Of a DNA stretch of 64,000 bases, positions 18,121-27,642 are shown piece by piece. This stretch comes from a virus. Every line of letters begins with the position of its first letter. Position 1 is the first letter of the stretch. The notes below the pieces were generated by a model. It searched no databases. It saw only the letters and a list, made by a program, of their open reading frames with translations, and had not been told where the DNA came from. The stretch covers positions 37,674-101,673 of IMG/VR virus record IMGVR_UViG_3300034284_002638; one strand, written 5' to 3'. A program made the position numbers and the translations under genes.

Positions 18121-18767
18121 GCAGCACCACTCAAAAGGCAGTGCTCCAACCCAATCAACTGCAAAAACACTCTCATGTCCTTCTCCGAAGACTCATCTCT
18201 AGATGAGTAATAATTCCATATCAAAAGATCAACCTTCGCTACAGACATTCCGGATCTGTCTACAAGACCCAAAAATTCGCCTTCAAGAAACAAATAGGAT
18301 TTTTTTCCAGGCGTGGTCTTAGGAGCATCGTAGCCGATCATCCTCATGAATTTTAAAAGATGCACATCAAGCCCAGCAAACCTCGCTCCTCTCCTGCTGT
18401 GGAGCAGAAAACACCTTGCCGTTTTGGGGCCAATGCCTCTCACGGACTCAAGATCATAAACGGAACAAGTTTTAAGGTCTAATCCCTTTTGGGCAAGATC
18501 CATCATGGATTTGCCTTTGTTGTTGTAGCATCCGATACCATGAACCCTAAGTTCTTCTGAAAGATCAGCCCCAAACATCCGTATAATTTCAAAAGGCTCG
18601 TCCGCTACAAACTTGCCCTTGCCGCGCAACATAAGACGGTTCAAATTGGCTGCTGCGGTGGAGGCCTTCTTCCCGGCGGCACATATCCAAAACAACAACA
18701 TAAGTTGCAACTCGTAATCGTTGCAGTCAAATTTAGTTATATTGCTCGGGTCTATGAGGTAGTTCAT
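18117..18767 (-). CDS. HhH DNA glycosylase/AP lyase (Ogg2/endonuclease III-like)
   Basis: LESVRGIGPKTARCFL (HhH with catalytic Lys) and LDVH; likely start MNYLIDP. Confidence 0.75.
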   Translation of the reverse strand: MNYLIDPSNITKFDCNDYELQLMLLFWICAAGKKASTAAANLNRLMLRGKGKFVADEPFEIIRMFGADLSEELRVHGIGCYNNKGKSMMDLAQKGLDLKTCSVYDLESVRGIGPKTARCFLLHSRRGARFAGLDVHLLKFMRMIGYDAPKTTPGKKSYLFLEGEFLGLVDRSGMSVAKVDLLIWNYYSSRDESSEKDMRVFLQLIGLEHCLLSGAA

Positions 18768-18769
18768 AG

Positions 18770-18985
18770 TTATTGAACATAAGGCGGAGAAGGAATAATC
18801 TCTCCCTTGGGAGAAACAATCGCCCAAACAGGATGCTTTGAACTCCATCCGCCCCCCAGCACATAGATCTTGCATCCTTTCATCTCGGGAGGAAGTTCGT
18901 ACTCTCCGGTAACTTCAAGGTAGGGGGCGGGATCATGTGACACGCAGCCAGAAACGAAAAAAGCCAATAATAGGACGAATTTCAC
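18770..18985 (-). CDS. Small putative lipoprotein
   Basis: MKFVLLLAFFVSG-C lipobox. Confidence 0.6.
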   Translation of the reverse strand: MKFVLLLAFFVSGCVSHDPAPYLEVTGEYELPPEMKGCKIYVLGGGWSSKHPVWAIVSPKGEIIPSPPYVQ

Positions 18986-19482
18986 TCGGAACCTCCGCGA
19001 ACTATGTCGTTAACTCGATCATCCTTGTTTTTGAAAACTATGTCCGTATGAAGTTTGTCCATCTCCTTTCGAACCATATGTCCTCTGCTCATGGCGTTCT
19101 CGTGCGCCTTGTCCCACGCCTTGAGATGCTGCTTTAGAAGAGTGACCTTGTGCTTGGCGCCTATGATCTCCCTCTTGGCCTCACACACATTTGAATCCTT
19201 CTTGGCGTTCGCCTCCGCCAACTTATCGGTACATCCCTCCTCCTTGCTTTTCTCGTACGAGGCTGCAAAAAGCACATCGTGCTCGTACTCTTTAAAAGCC
19301 AATATGGCCTCCGCCTCGGCAAGCTTCTGGCTGAAGTAGTCATACCATAGAGCCAGATTCTCCATGAAGTTATTAAGACTAATCTCGTTAAAGGCAAGTC
19401 TGGAGTTGTCCAGCGTTATGTCTTGCCCTCCGACCTTTATAGATGTCTGAACTTGCGGGGGCGAATTATCAAAATTTGTCAT
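18982..19482 (-). CDS. UvsY-like recombination mediator
   Basis: Helical protein with TDKLAEA...D motif, coupled to the replicative helicase. Confidence 0.55.
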   Translation of the reverse strand: MTNFDNSPPQVQTSIKVGGQDITLDNSRLAFNEISLNNFMENLALWYDYFSQKLAEAEAILAFKEYEHDVLFAASYEKSKEEGCTDKLAEANAKKDSNVCEAKREIIGAKHKVTLLKQHLKAWDKAHENAMSRGHMVRKEMDKLHTDIVFKNKDDRVNDIVRGGSE

Positions 19483-21086
19483 GCTTCCTCCAAACTTGGT
19501 TGTATATCAGGCGAGTCAGGATCGTCATATCCGACATCATCCTTAAACTTGCCTACCTTTTTCTTGAGTGTATCAACTTGGGCGTCGACATCCGAAGCCT
19601 TGTTGGTCTTCTTGAAAGAGTATTCGCGCCATATTTTATTGTATTCTGCTTCGCTTATCTGGTTCATCTGCAGGGTGTTTTTTGTGCCCTTGCCGCTCTC
19701 AAATTTAACCCAGCATGTAAATCTACTTTTTCCGTGTCGATGCTTGATGACAAATATCCTGCCTATGCCTGCTTCCTTTTCTGCCTGCATTTGGTTGATA
19801 GACCAACAGCCGTCAAGGGGCCGAATCTGTCCGTAAGAGTCCGCAAGGTTCGTGTCGTCTATGACTCCGTCCCCACCATGAAGGCCACCGTCCTTCTTTT
19901 GTGCTTCTCTGGCGTCCTTGTTCGGCTGCATGGCGGTGAATATGCAGATGTTATCCTCGGTCGCCAGACCTCTCAGATCCCTAACTATTCTGTATCTGGA
20001 TTCATATGTCGGTATTCCAGGATAATCCTTCATCTCGCCGATGTAGTCAATCACGAGAAGATCCGGCTTAAAACCAACCATCTGAAGCTGCTGCATGTAA
20101 GCCCTGAGCGTGGCCACGGTCATGCTTCCGGCTGGAAACTGCTTTATGACAAGAGTGCGTTTGTCTTCGTGATCCTTGATGTGCTCTTCAAAAGCAGCCT
20201 TGACCTTGGTCTTGAGTTCCTGAAGTTTGTTGATATCAACCTCGGCGAGCTGGGCATCAAACCTTTCGGCTATCGCATCCTCGCCCATCTCGAGCGATAT
20301 ATACAAAACCCTTTTGCCAAGTTGCTTTACATTTTTGAGAGCGGCACCGACCAACGCAAGACTCTTTCCGCTTCCACTGAGGCCTATCCAAGAGTATATC
20401 TCGCCCCTGTGAGGTCCGCCTCCAAGAAGCGCGTCGTCTATCGCCTCAAACCCGCTCGTGAACCTCTCGCGGGTCTCCTCTTCCTTCTCCATCCTCGCAT
20501 ACCTCTCCTCAAAGGTATCGAAGTAGATCAAGCCCTCCTCAAAATTTCTGTCCACAAGAAGCGCGTTCTTAAGGAGATCTTGAATCTTAGCCCATGTCGT
20601 CTCGCTTTCTGGGTCGCGACGAATCAATCCAAGAGACTGGTCGAAAGCAGACTTAAGTCCCATCAACTTGGCAAAGTTAACTATCTTGTCTAAGAGACAT
20701 TCTCTGGTCTCGAGGCCGGGTACATATTTTTTGTAAATAAGTTCAGCTTCGGCAGTATAGTGAAACTTCGTCTGATCGTCCCTATTTGCGATCTTGTCCT
20801 TGACCTCCTGCATAACGAGGGTCTTGATTGGAATCAACTTATATTTGTCTATGTAGTCAAAAAGAATTCTACAGATAAGCTGGTGTCGCTCATCTATAAA
20901 ATAGGACGGCTTGATAAGGTCGCGACACTGGGTGCAGAACCACCTGTCGTTCAACAGAAGGCCAACTATCGTCCTCTGGAAGTCCTCGTCCCATTGATAT
21001 TTTTCATTGGATTCTTGGGCGTCCGGATCCGTCAGCGCCTCAATCTCCATCTGCTCCTCGGGGGACAAGTATTCGTTTTCTTCCAT
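19479..21086 (-). CDS. DnaB/gp41-like replicative helicase
   Basis: TSGFEAIDDALLGGG, GLSGSGKS, YISLEM, VIDYI, FTAMQPN, LADSY, IKHRHG. Confidence 0.92.
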   Translation of the reverse strand: MEENEYLSPEEQMEIEALTDPDAQESNEKYQWDEDFQRTIVGLLLNDRWFCTQCRDLIKPSYFIDERHQLICRILFDYIDKYKLIPIKTLVMQEVKDKIANRDDQTKFHYTAEAELIYKKYVPGLETRECLLDKIVNFAKLMGLKSAFDQSLGLIRRDPESETTWAKIQDLLKNALLVDRNFEEGLIYFDTFEERYARMEKEEETRERFTSGFEAIDDALLGGGPHRGEIYSWIGLSGSGKSLALVGAALKNVKQLGKRVLYISLEMGEDAIAERFDAQLAEVDINKLQELKTKVKAAFEEHIKDHEDKRTLVIKQFPAGSMTVATLRAYMQQLQMVGFKPDLLVIDYIGEMKDYPGIPTYESRYRIVRDLRGLATEDNICIFTAMQPNKDAREAQKKDGGLHGGDGVIDDTNLADSYGQIRPLDGCWSINQMQAEKEAGIGRIFVIKHRHGKSRFTCWVKFESGKGTKNTLQMNQISEAEYNKIWREYSFKKTNKASDVDAQVDTLKKKVGKFKDDVGYDDPDSPDIQPSLEEA

Positions 21087-21114
21087 TGTTGGCCTAATAG
21101 AGCGAGCGAAGGGT

Positions 21115-22149
21115 TCAGTTTTCGAAAATTCTGTTGTGCGTGTTGTTCACTCTAATGAATTTGCAGCATTTGCTCAAGTCCTTGAGGCTCTCGGTGCCAA
21201 CATATGTGCAAGTGCTTCTTAATCCACCGAGAATTTCCTGGATGGTATGTTCTACAGGCCCCTTGTACGGAACTTTTGCGGAACGACCCTCGGAGGCTCT
21301 ATAGTTCGCAACTCCTCCGTTGAACTTCTCCATAGCCTCCTTGCTGCTCATTCCGTAAAAATTCATGAAGGACTTCTTGCCGGACTGATCGTACTCCCAG
21401 TCGGCCTCGCACTCGTCGTGGCCCGCGAGCATACCACCGAGCATCACAAAGTCGGCTCCGGCGCCGAAGGCCTTGGCTATATCGCCAGGGCATGTGCAGC
21501 CTCCGTCGGCGACGATGTGTCCACGCAATCCATGAGCGGCGTCTGCGCATTCAAGGCACGCACTAAGTTGGGGAAACCCCACGCCAGTTACGATTCTCGT
21601 GGTACAAGCCGAGCCTGGGCCTATTCCTATCTTGACAATATCCACTCCTCCCGAAAGCAACAGTTCTTGAACCATCTCCGGAGTGCAGACATTGCCGGCC
21701 ATCAGAACAGAATCTTTGAACTTGTCCCTCAACTGCTTGCATTTTTCCACGAAAAACTTCGTATAACCGTTCGCCACATCAAGACAGATGTGCATGGGCG
21801 CGGAGCCGAATGCCTTTTGAAAGGCGGACAACTTTTCAAAATCCTCGTCCTTGATCCCTAGGGTGTAAAAAGCTTGATCTTTTCGGAAAAATTCAACAAG
21901 TTGCTGAATTGAGTAGTGCTTATGCAAACAAGTGGCCAAGCCAAATTTAGAAAAGACCTCACTCATGGCAAAGGTGCCGACCGTGCTCATGTTGGCCGCC
22001 ACTATAGGAACGCCTTCCCAGTGAGAGCCGGAATTCAAAAAAGTGAATTTTCGGGTCAGTTCAACATTTCGGCGGCTTGGAGATTCAGACCTCTTCGGAC
22101 AGATGAGAACATCCGAATAGTCCAGCTTCACTTCGTTTTCAATCCTCAT
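21115..22149 (-). CDS. guaC: GMP reductase
   Basis: [51 protein letters not shown]. Confidence 0.95.
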   Translation of the reverse strand: MRIENEVKLDYSDVLICPKRSESPSRRNVELTRKFTFLNSGSHWEGVPIVAANMSTVGTFAMSEVFSKFGLATCLHKHYSIQQLVEFFRKDQAFYTLGIKDEDFEKLSAFQKAFGSAPMHICLDVANGYTKFFVEKCKQLRDKFKDSVLMAGNVCTPEMVQELLLSGGVDIVKIGIGPGSACTTRIVTGVGFPQLSACLECADAAHGLRGHIVADGGCTCPGDIAKAFGAGADFVMLGGMLAGHDECEADWEYDQSGKKSFMNFYGMSSKEAMEKFNGGVANYRASEGRSAKVPYKGPVEHTIQEILGGLRSTCTYVGTESLKDLSKCCKFIRVNNTHNRIFEN

Positions 22150-22168
22150 GTCAACACCTCATTGCCCA

Positions 22169-22197
22169 AATTTAACACACATCATTTTTTTTGTCAA
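22169..22197 (-). promoter_or_regulatory. Sigma70-type promoter TTGACA-17-TAAATT for the guaC-helicase run
   Basis: Hexamers upstream of GAGGT and the ATG of guaC. Confidence 0.6.
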
Positions 22198-22215
22198 TTG
22201 AACTTGTTTAACAAT

Positions 22216-22494
22216 ATGGGAAGAAAAAAGAAAATTATAGACAAGGTCATAAAGAAAAAGGTAGACAAAAGATGCAAGTTCTGCGGAGAAGAGGAATACT
22301 GCTTGCTTGATGTTCACAGGATAGTGCCCGGGTCATCGGGCGGAAAATACACCGAGACAAATACAGTCACCTCATGCAGCAACTGTCATCGAAAAATACA
22401 TGATGGAAAAATCAAAATTGACAGAAAGTACCCTTCAACAAAAGGATGGGTTCTGCATTATTTTGACGAAAAAGGAATAGAACACTGGGACTAG
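22216..22494 (+). CDS. Small HNH endonuclease
   Basis: CKFCG...LDVHRIVP...GG...NTVTSCSNCHRKIH. Confidence 0.85.
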   Translation: MGRKKKIIDKVIKKKVDKRCKFCGEEEYCLLDVHRIVPGSSGGKYTETNTVTSCSNCHRKIHDGKIKIDRKYPSTKGWVLHYFDEKGIEHWD

Positions 22495-23048
22495 TTCCCG
22501 CCAAGGTAATCAAATTCCGACAGAGAAACCATGCCGGTTCTTATGCTCTTTTCTCTCGTGATTCTCTTTCCAAGAGATTTTTGGGCATTCCATGTGATTG
22601 CCTTGCAGTAAGTTGCAAACTTAGAGTCCATTTTCAAATGGGCTTTTTTGTTGGGCCTTTCCTTGGCCGGAACCAATACCTTAGAAAGTTTATCCAGCAT
22701 CTTCTCTTGGTGCGGACCAAACTTCTGCTTGTTGGCGCCATGCCTTGTCTTGTTTTTCCATAAATTGGCAAGCCTTTTCAAAACTGACTTGATTACGGGA
22801 TCCTTGGCGTACTTCTTGCAAGCCTCAAAGCAAGCCTCAATATAACACTGCCTTTTGTAATACGAGGCCGCTCGCAAAAGAGCCATTCGCATATCTTGCG
22901 CTATATCTTCCTGGCTGTCGGTGTGGTTGTTGCGAGTGTTTTTCTTTATCAACTGCCACGCTTGGTATTCACAAAGTTCTCCAAACTTGCTGTCTAAAAG
23001 CAAATATTCCTCTTCTGTAACCGGAAAAGAATCTTGAATTATCTTCAT
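22491..23048 (-). CDS. Hypothetical protein with sigma region-2-like segments
   Basis: 'QEDIAQDMRMALLRA' and 'SKFATYCKAITWNA' separated by an insert of about 75 aa. Confidence 0.45.
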   Translation of the reverse strand: MKIIQDSFPVTEEEYLLLDSKFGELCEYQAWQLIKKNTRNNHTDSQEDIAQDMRMALLRAASYYKRQCYIEACFEACKKYAKDPVIKSVLKRLANLWKNKTRHGANKQKFGPHQEKMLDKLSKVLVPAKERPNKKAHLKMDSKFATYCKAITWNAQKSLGKRITREKSIRTGMVSLSEFDYLGGN

Positions 23049-24367
23049 GCTGGAACTCCTTCTTTTATATTTTGCATATCATTCAAGCTGTGTCCGAACT
23101 TACAAGTTGTTTTTAGTCTGAGTCCTGGGAACATAGGATCTTCCTCCTCCAAGGCGGCAGATCCTATCTCTTGGATAAATCCGACTTCGTTCTTGTTGCA
23201 AAGGACACAATAACCGTCATGTACATGAAAGCAGATGCCTGCCTTGCCCGAAAGGGCTTCGTGCAAACGCACCAGTTTTCTCAAACAAATCATGCTCGCT
23301 GGCGACTGGATACAAAAATTTTTAATCTTGTACAGTTCGTGGTCTTCAAATTTTCTTCTCCGACCAAAAACATCAGTCGCCGTGTTGTTGCCATCGGTGG
23401 TCTGGGAGTTAACCCAGTCAAAGGCAACGGGAAAGGTACTATTTAGCTTATATATGAGTTTGGAAGCAATTTCTTCCTTTATGCCCAACTTCTTGGAGAG
23501 AGACCTAGCTCCTTGTCCGAAAACAACGGGAAGAAATATATTCTTACACAATGTCCGGTGAGAATCGGTTGGATGATCTTGCTGCGTAATCCTACTCCAT
23601 ATCTCCCTATACAAGTCCTTGCCGGAGTCTAATATCCCTGCAAGGGCAGCATCTCTGCTGAGCCACTGGAGAACATTTACCTCCATGTTCTTATAGTCAA
23701 AGTATACGAAAACTTCATCATAGTCTTTTGGCCTCAGATTGGCTTTCTCATTGGCTCCTATCGAATGAGGGTTATAGGAGGAGAGGCCGTTTTTTACCGC
23801 CTTGAGACGCCCGTTTATCTGGCCTTCTATAACATATGTCGGATATACGCACCTTCTTTTCGCATTGTCTATTAAACAATGCGTTTCAATGTCAGGCATG
23901 ACCTTGGAAAACAAGGGACGATAGACCGACCGATAAAAATCGCAAAATCGAGTCCAGCCAGATTCGTTCATGGCCGCACGAAGAATAGCGGCGGCGGAGT
24001 TAAATGTTTTAGGCTTGTCTAGCGGAAAACCGAAATAAGAACAAATGATTGATATGTCGTAGATTCGGCCGACCATCTCTAGGTCTATTTCCGTCTTTCC
24101 CTTGAGATAGGTGAACAAATCCTTGATGCCCCAGCACATAACCACGCTATTCTCGTCAATAAAATGATAAAGAGAAGAGGCGAGGTAGGAAGAACTTTCA
24201 ACATCGGCCAAAGAAAGGGACGCCTTCTTCCCGCCATAATGCAAAACAAGTTCGACACACTCCTCGGAACTCGTCCAGTCCGGACACTCCTTGGAAAGGT
24301 AAAGGTAGAGATCCTTCCCCTTCAGCTGCGGCAGAACTTCTGCGAATTCGGTCATGGTTAAAATCAT
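23045..24367 (-). CDS. Compact family A DNA polymerase-like protein
   Basis: GRL; motif A FDYKNME; motif B RTLCKNIFLPVVFG; FGRRR; NFCIQSPAS; motif C VHDG. Confidence 0.8.
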   Translation of the reverse strand: MILTMTEFAEVLPQLKGKDLYLYLSKECPDWTSSEECVELVLHYGGKKASLSLADVESSSYLASSLYHFIDENSVVMCWGIKDLFTYLKGKTEIDLEMVGRIYDISIICSYFGFPLDKPKTFNSAAAILRAAMNESGWTRFCDFYRSVYRPLFSKVMPDIETHCLIDNAKRRCVYPTYVIEGQINGRLKAVKNGLSSYNPHSIGANEKANLRPKDYDEVFVYFDYKNMEVNVLQWLSRDAALAGILDSGKDLYREIWSRITQQDHPTDSHRTLCKNIFLPVVFGQGARSLSKKLGIKEEIASKLIYKLNSTFPVAFDWVNSQTTDGNNTATDVFGRRRKFEDHELYKIKNFCIQSPASMICLRKLVRLHEALSGKAGICFHVHDGYCVLCNKNEVGFIQEIGSAALEEEDPMFPGLRLKTTCKFGHSLNDMQNIKEGVPA

Positions 24368-24399
24368 ACCCGAAAAGGTTTTTTAAATCCAGAGAGATC

Positions 24400-24609
24400 T
24401 CACCGCTTGTACAGAGAATACAAGAGATTTTTATCTAAATCCTTCAAGGACTTGACTTGGTAGAAGCGAAGTATTGCCATTTCATAAGTGATTCCCTTCC
24501 TCTCGGCCAATCTTCTTATGTTCCTCCTCAATCCCTTGTTCGTCTTCTTACTCTTGCAGGAACTCTTCCAAACAATCTCGGGAACAAGTCTCTTAATATC
24601 TTCTTGCAT
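24400..24609 (-). CDS. Small basic hypothetical protein
   Basis: Likely start MQEDIK; upstream of the polymerase-like gene. Confidence 0.5.
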   Translation of the reverse strand: MQEDIKRLVPEIVWKSSCKSKKTNKGLRRNIRRLAERKGITYEMAILRFYQVKSLKDLDKNLLYSLYKR

Positions 24610-24659
24610 CTTCAATCCTTTGTTCCTCTGAGAATTATGTTTGTGTAAACCGGGGGCCA

Positions 24660-25000
24660 TCCCTTAGGGTACACCCTTAATAGAACCTATTCTTTATGAT
24701 CGAATATGGTCTATTTCAGGATGTGCCCTAAAGTTCATTCTTCCTTTTGATCCTTTGCAAGTCCCCCGGCTTGAATTATACGACTTTTATTTTTGTACCC
24801 ATTACGGACCGTGACCCAGGCCCCATGACGCATCAAACTAGCGTCGGGTTACACGGGAAAACGCATAGATTTCTCTATGCCAAAAGTCTTTCATCAAGCG
24901 GTTCTGCCCCTTAGTTATTTCATACGCATCTCAGCGTAAGGCGTAGGACTACAAGGTCGTATAGGACCTTGCGTTCGTGACCCAACACGATGATCAATCG
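24660..25000. ncRNA. Candidate structured non-coding RNA or origin (multiple hairpins)
   Basis: Longest intergenic gap in the window, with at least six short inverted repeats; no family recognised. Confidence 0.35.
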
Positions 25001-25111
25001 GTTTTTTGAAGTTCAAGGTTGAAGTTTTCGGTTTCTTAGGTTATAGTAGTTCATGTTCAAGTTTTCGTTGCCGCGAATCATATCTAATTCCGTTCAAATT
25101 GCAAGGTCAAA

Positions 25112-25792
25112 ATGAGAGAGCTAGAGCCCATCCTCAAGTACAAGATGGACGAGGTCGAGTCCAAGGCCTACAAAATAGCGATAATGTGGCAAGAAGAATG
25201 CGAGAGAGAGCTGCCCAAAGAACAGACCGTCAAGCTCAAGAAAAACTCAGACCCCAGAAAATCTACGCTTTTTAAATACTGCTACAAACTTGCCAAGGAA
25301 ATGAAGGGGATATTGCCCGATAACGATTTCAGGTTTTATATAAGGGCTCAAATACAGATCCTCAAAAGCATTAGAGAAGGCGAAATTCACGCATTGGTGG
25401 AGCCTCATTGTCTTGTAGGCGAAAAGGCATGGAAAAGATGGAAGGTTTGGAAAAGCAAGTACCAGAGAAAATTGAGAGAATCCTTGACCTCCGATGAAAT
25501 GGAAATATCAGCAAAGGACTCAAAGGTCATCGGAGACCTGGAGAATTCATTCAATCTCCTTTCTAGAAGGGGATGTCTTGTTTTTGAAGAATTAGAAAAG
25601 AATCAAGAAAACATAGGCAGATGGGTCAGCAATGGAGAATTATCTTGCTATTACATGGTTATTTCTCCTTGGATGAGAAAAATATTTGGAGATTTAGATG
25701 AATTCAATTTTGACAAGACATACTACAGATCCGCAATAAATCCTCATATTGATCAATTTTTTAGGACCAAGTTCAGCCATGAGTATCTTTGA
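25112..25792 (+). CDS. Hypothetical protein
   Basis: Clean 226-aa ORF. Confidence 0.75.
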   Translation: MRELEPILKYKMDEVESKAYKIAIMWQEECERELPKEQTVKLKKNSDPRKSTLFKYCYKLAKEMKGILPDNDFRFYIRAQIQILKSIREGEIHALVEPHCLVGEKAWKRWKVWKSKYQRKLRESLTSDEMEISAKDSKVIGDLENSFNLLSRRGCLVFEELEKNQENIGRWVSNGELSCYYMVISPWMRKIFGDLDEFNFDKTYYRSAINPHIDQFFRTKFSHEYL

Positions 25793-26189
25793 TAAAGATG
25801 ATGAAAATAAAGATGATATAACTAGGTTTCAAATACTTAATAAGAGAGGCTCTTACTTTGTCATGTACAAAGGGTGGGCCTACAATCTCTCTCCCTCATC
25901 ATATACTCAGATGAGTCTTTCCCCCGCGATCCTTGGTGTGGATTCTTTTTTGAAAGAAGGATCAAAAATAAAAGGAATTGACGGTAACTTAACGCTGGCG
26001 AGTTGCCCAGACTGGTTTTTGGGCTGTGATGTTAGGATAGAATTTCAAGAAAGGCTTCTTGACGGATGGGTTTATTCGCTCCATGCCGAGTCACTTAATG
26101 TAAAAAACTTTCACAGAGTTTGGATATGTCCATACTTGAAGTTCTTTTTTGAAAATCCTCCACCTAAGCTTTTCCTATCCTTGGAATGA
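25779..26189 (+). CDS. Hypothetical protein
   Basis: Start MSIFDK overlaps the upstream gene end. Confidence 0.7.
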   Translation: MSIFDKDDENKDDITRFQILNKRGSYFVMYKGWAYNLSPSSYTQMSLSPAILGVDSFLKEGSKIKGIDGNLTLASCPDWFLGCDVRIEFQERLLDGWVYSLHAESLNVKNFHRVWICPYLKFFFENPPPKLFLSLE

Positions 26190-26543
26190 TTTGGGATGCA
26201 CAAGATAAGCCTCGTCGGCCACGGTGAGATATATCGACTCCTCATCTATCTTCAAACATAGCGAAGAAAGGAATTCAACAAAGTGCTTGAATTTTTCATC
26301 GCCATGAAATGCAACTTCGTATCGCTCATGTTTGTCTCGGACTATTTCCCCAGCATTGACCCAATAGCCTTTTATCTCACTTGATTCATGCGTGTAGGCG
26401 CAATACTCCGACACAAAAAAATCATGTATTTTATCCCTGACCTCATCGGTCAGTTTCTCTACTGGAACATAAAAAACGGCAACCTTGCCGACATATTTAA
26501 CGAATTGACTGTTGTCAATCATCCACTTTTTGAAAACTTCCAA
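26175..26543 (-). CDS. Hypothetical protein (N-terminal VFKKWMIDN)
   Basis: TTG-start ORF with an N-terminus like the dispersed leader motif. Confidence 0.65.
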   Translation of the reverse strand: MEVFKKWMIDNSQFVKYVGKVAVFYVPVEKLTDEVRDKIHDFFVSEYCAYTHESSEIKGYWVNAGEIVRDKHERYEVAFHGDEKFKHFVEFLSSLCLKIDEESIYLTVADEAYLVHPKSFQG

Positions 26544-26547
26544 TTAA

Positions 26548-27306
26548 TCATTCCGTTTTTATCTTCATGTTCTCCGCCACCCAGTCGACATACAGACTGA
26601 TTCTCGTATGAGCGCATTCGTCGCCGTAGTCCGAGTTTGACTTCCCATCCGTGGCCATCACGAAGGAATTTATCCCGGCCAGCTCATTGCCTATAAACAA
26701 ACCTCCTCCGCTGTCTCCGCTTGCTATCATATATTCCAACTGGGTTTTTTTTCCTACGGAGTTTGAGCACACAAGGACATTCCTTTCTGTCCTTTCTATT
26801 ATGTTAGATCCTGCTCTTCTTATTCCGTCTGATTTAACATATCCTGTGGAAAAGGTTCCGGTCATTCCATATCCTGCCATGCTTACTACTTTTGACACCT
26901 CATCGTCTTTTTCGTACAGCTTTGGATAAAAATCCATGACTAATTCGCTTTCGCAATATCCTAAGGCTATGTCGTGATATCCTATTTCATCTTCCTTGAA
27001 GTCCTTGTTTATTATGATTTTTTTTATGTCATAATCCTTGCCTTTAATTGAAACCTTTACATCTTCCGCTCCGCTAACTACATGAGCCGCAGTAAGGATC
27101 CAATGAGGGTCAATCACCACGGCACTTGCGTAGAAAATGTGCTTATCTTCCTTCTTCTCGCAGCAGCATATTCCTTTCAAGCTTACCACGCACTCAAATT
27201 TGGATCCATAATCCCTGTATTTCGAATCAGGAACCGAAGGGTCTATCGTACCCCCGAGCGAAAGAGAACTCATTACAAGTAAGATCAACATCCATGAGTA
27301 TCGCAT
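26548..27306 (-). CDS. Trypsin-like (S1) serine protease with signal peptide
   Basis: WILTAAH, HDIAL, GDSGGGLF catalytic triad; hydrophobic N-terminus. Confidence 0.9.
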   Translation of the reverse strand: MRYSWMLILLVMSSLSLGGTIDPSVPDSKYRDYGSKFECVVSLKGICCCEKKEDKHIFYASAVVIDPHWILTAAHVVSGAEDVKVSIKGKDYDIKKIIINKDFKEDEIGYHDIALGYCESELVMDFYPKLYEKDDEVSKVVSMAGYGMTGTFSTGYVKSDGIRRAGSNIIERTERNVLVCSNSVGKKTQLEYMIASGDSGGGLFIGNELAGINSFVMATDGKSNSDYGDECAHTRISLYVDWVAENMKIKTE

Positions 27307-27392
27307 GATACTTATTTATATCTAAGCGATTTTAATATATTAGGATTTTTTCCAATAATCCGTCGTCAAAATTACGAATAATTCGCTTGGAA

Positions 27393-27641
27393 TCATTGAT
27401 TATTCTCTTCTTGACTAAGCCAATTTTTGAAACTTTCGTTTTTAGTTGCCAATTTCTGGAATGTGTTTATCTGTCTGGACGGGTCGTTAAGTATCTTCTT
27501 TATTTCTCGTTCTCCCGCCTTGCTGGTTATCTTCTCCCATGCTTTTATTCTTGTTTGTCTGCTGTATTTCTTGAATGTGCTCTCCAATCCTTTTGCAATG
27601 TCCACAATAGCGTTTTTGACATTAGTCTTATTAGATTCCAT
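27393..27641 (-). CDS. Hypothetical protein (C-terminal ESFKNWLSQEE)
   Basis: GAGGA Shine-Dalgarno; leader-like motif at the C-terminus. Confidence 0.6.
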   Translation of the reverse strand: MESNKTNVKNAIVDIAKGLESTFKKYSRQTRIKAWEKITSKAGEREIKKILNDPSRQINTFQKLATKNESFKNWLSQEENNQ

Positions 27642-27642
27642 C

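Noticed and set aside
13323-20693. Long + strand ORFs (13323-14465, 14497-15459, 19443-20693; also 5339-6004 and 54628-55608)
   Set aside because: Each lies antisense to a clearly conserved gene and shows no motifs; codon bias explains the lack of stops
22216-22494. HNH gene as an intron-encoded homing endonuclease
   Set aside because: It is free-standing between intact genes and interrupts none
24660-25000. tmRNA, RNase P RNA or group I intron in the large intergenic gap
   Set aside because: I could not find a tRNA-like acceptor/T arm, RNase P core or intron core by eye; kept only as an unclassified candidate
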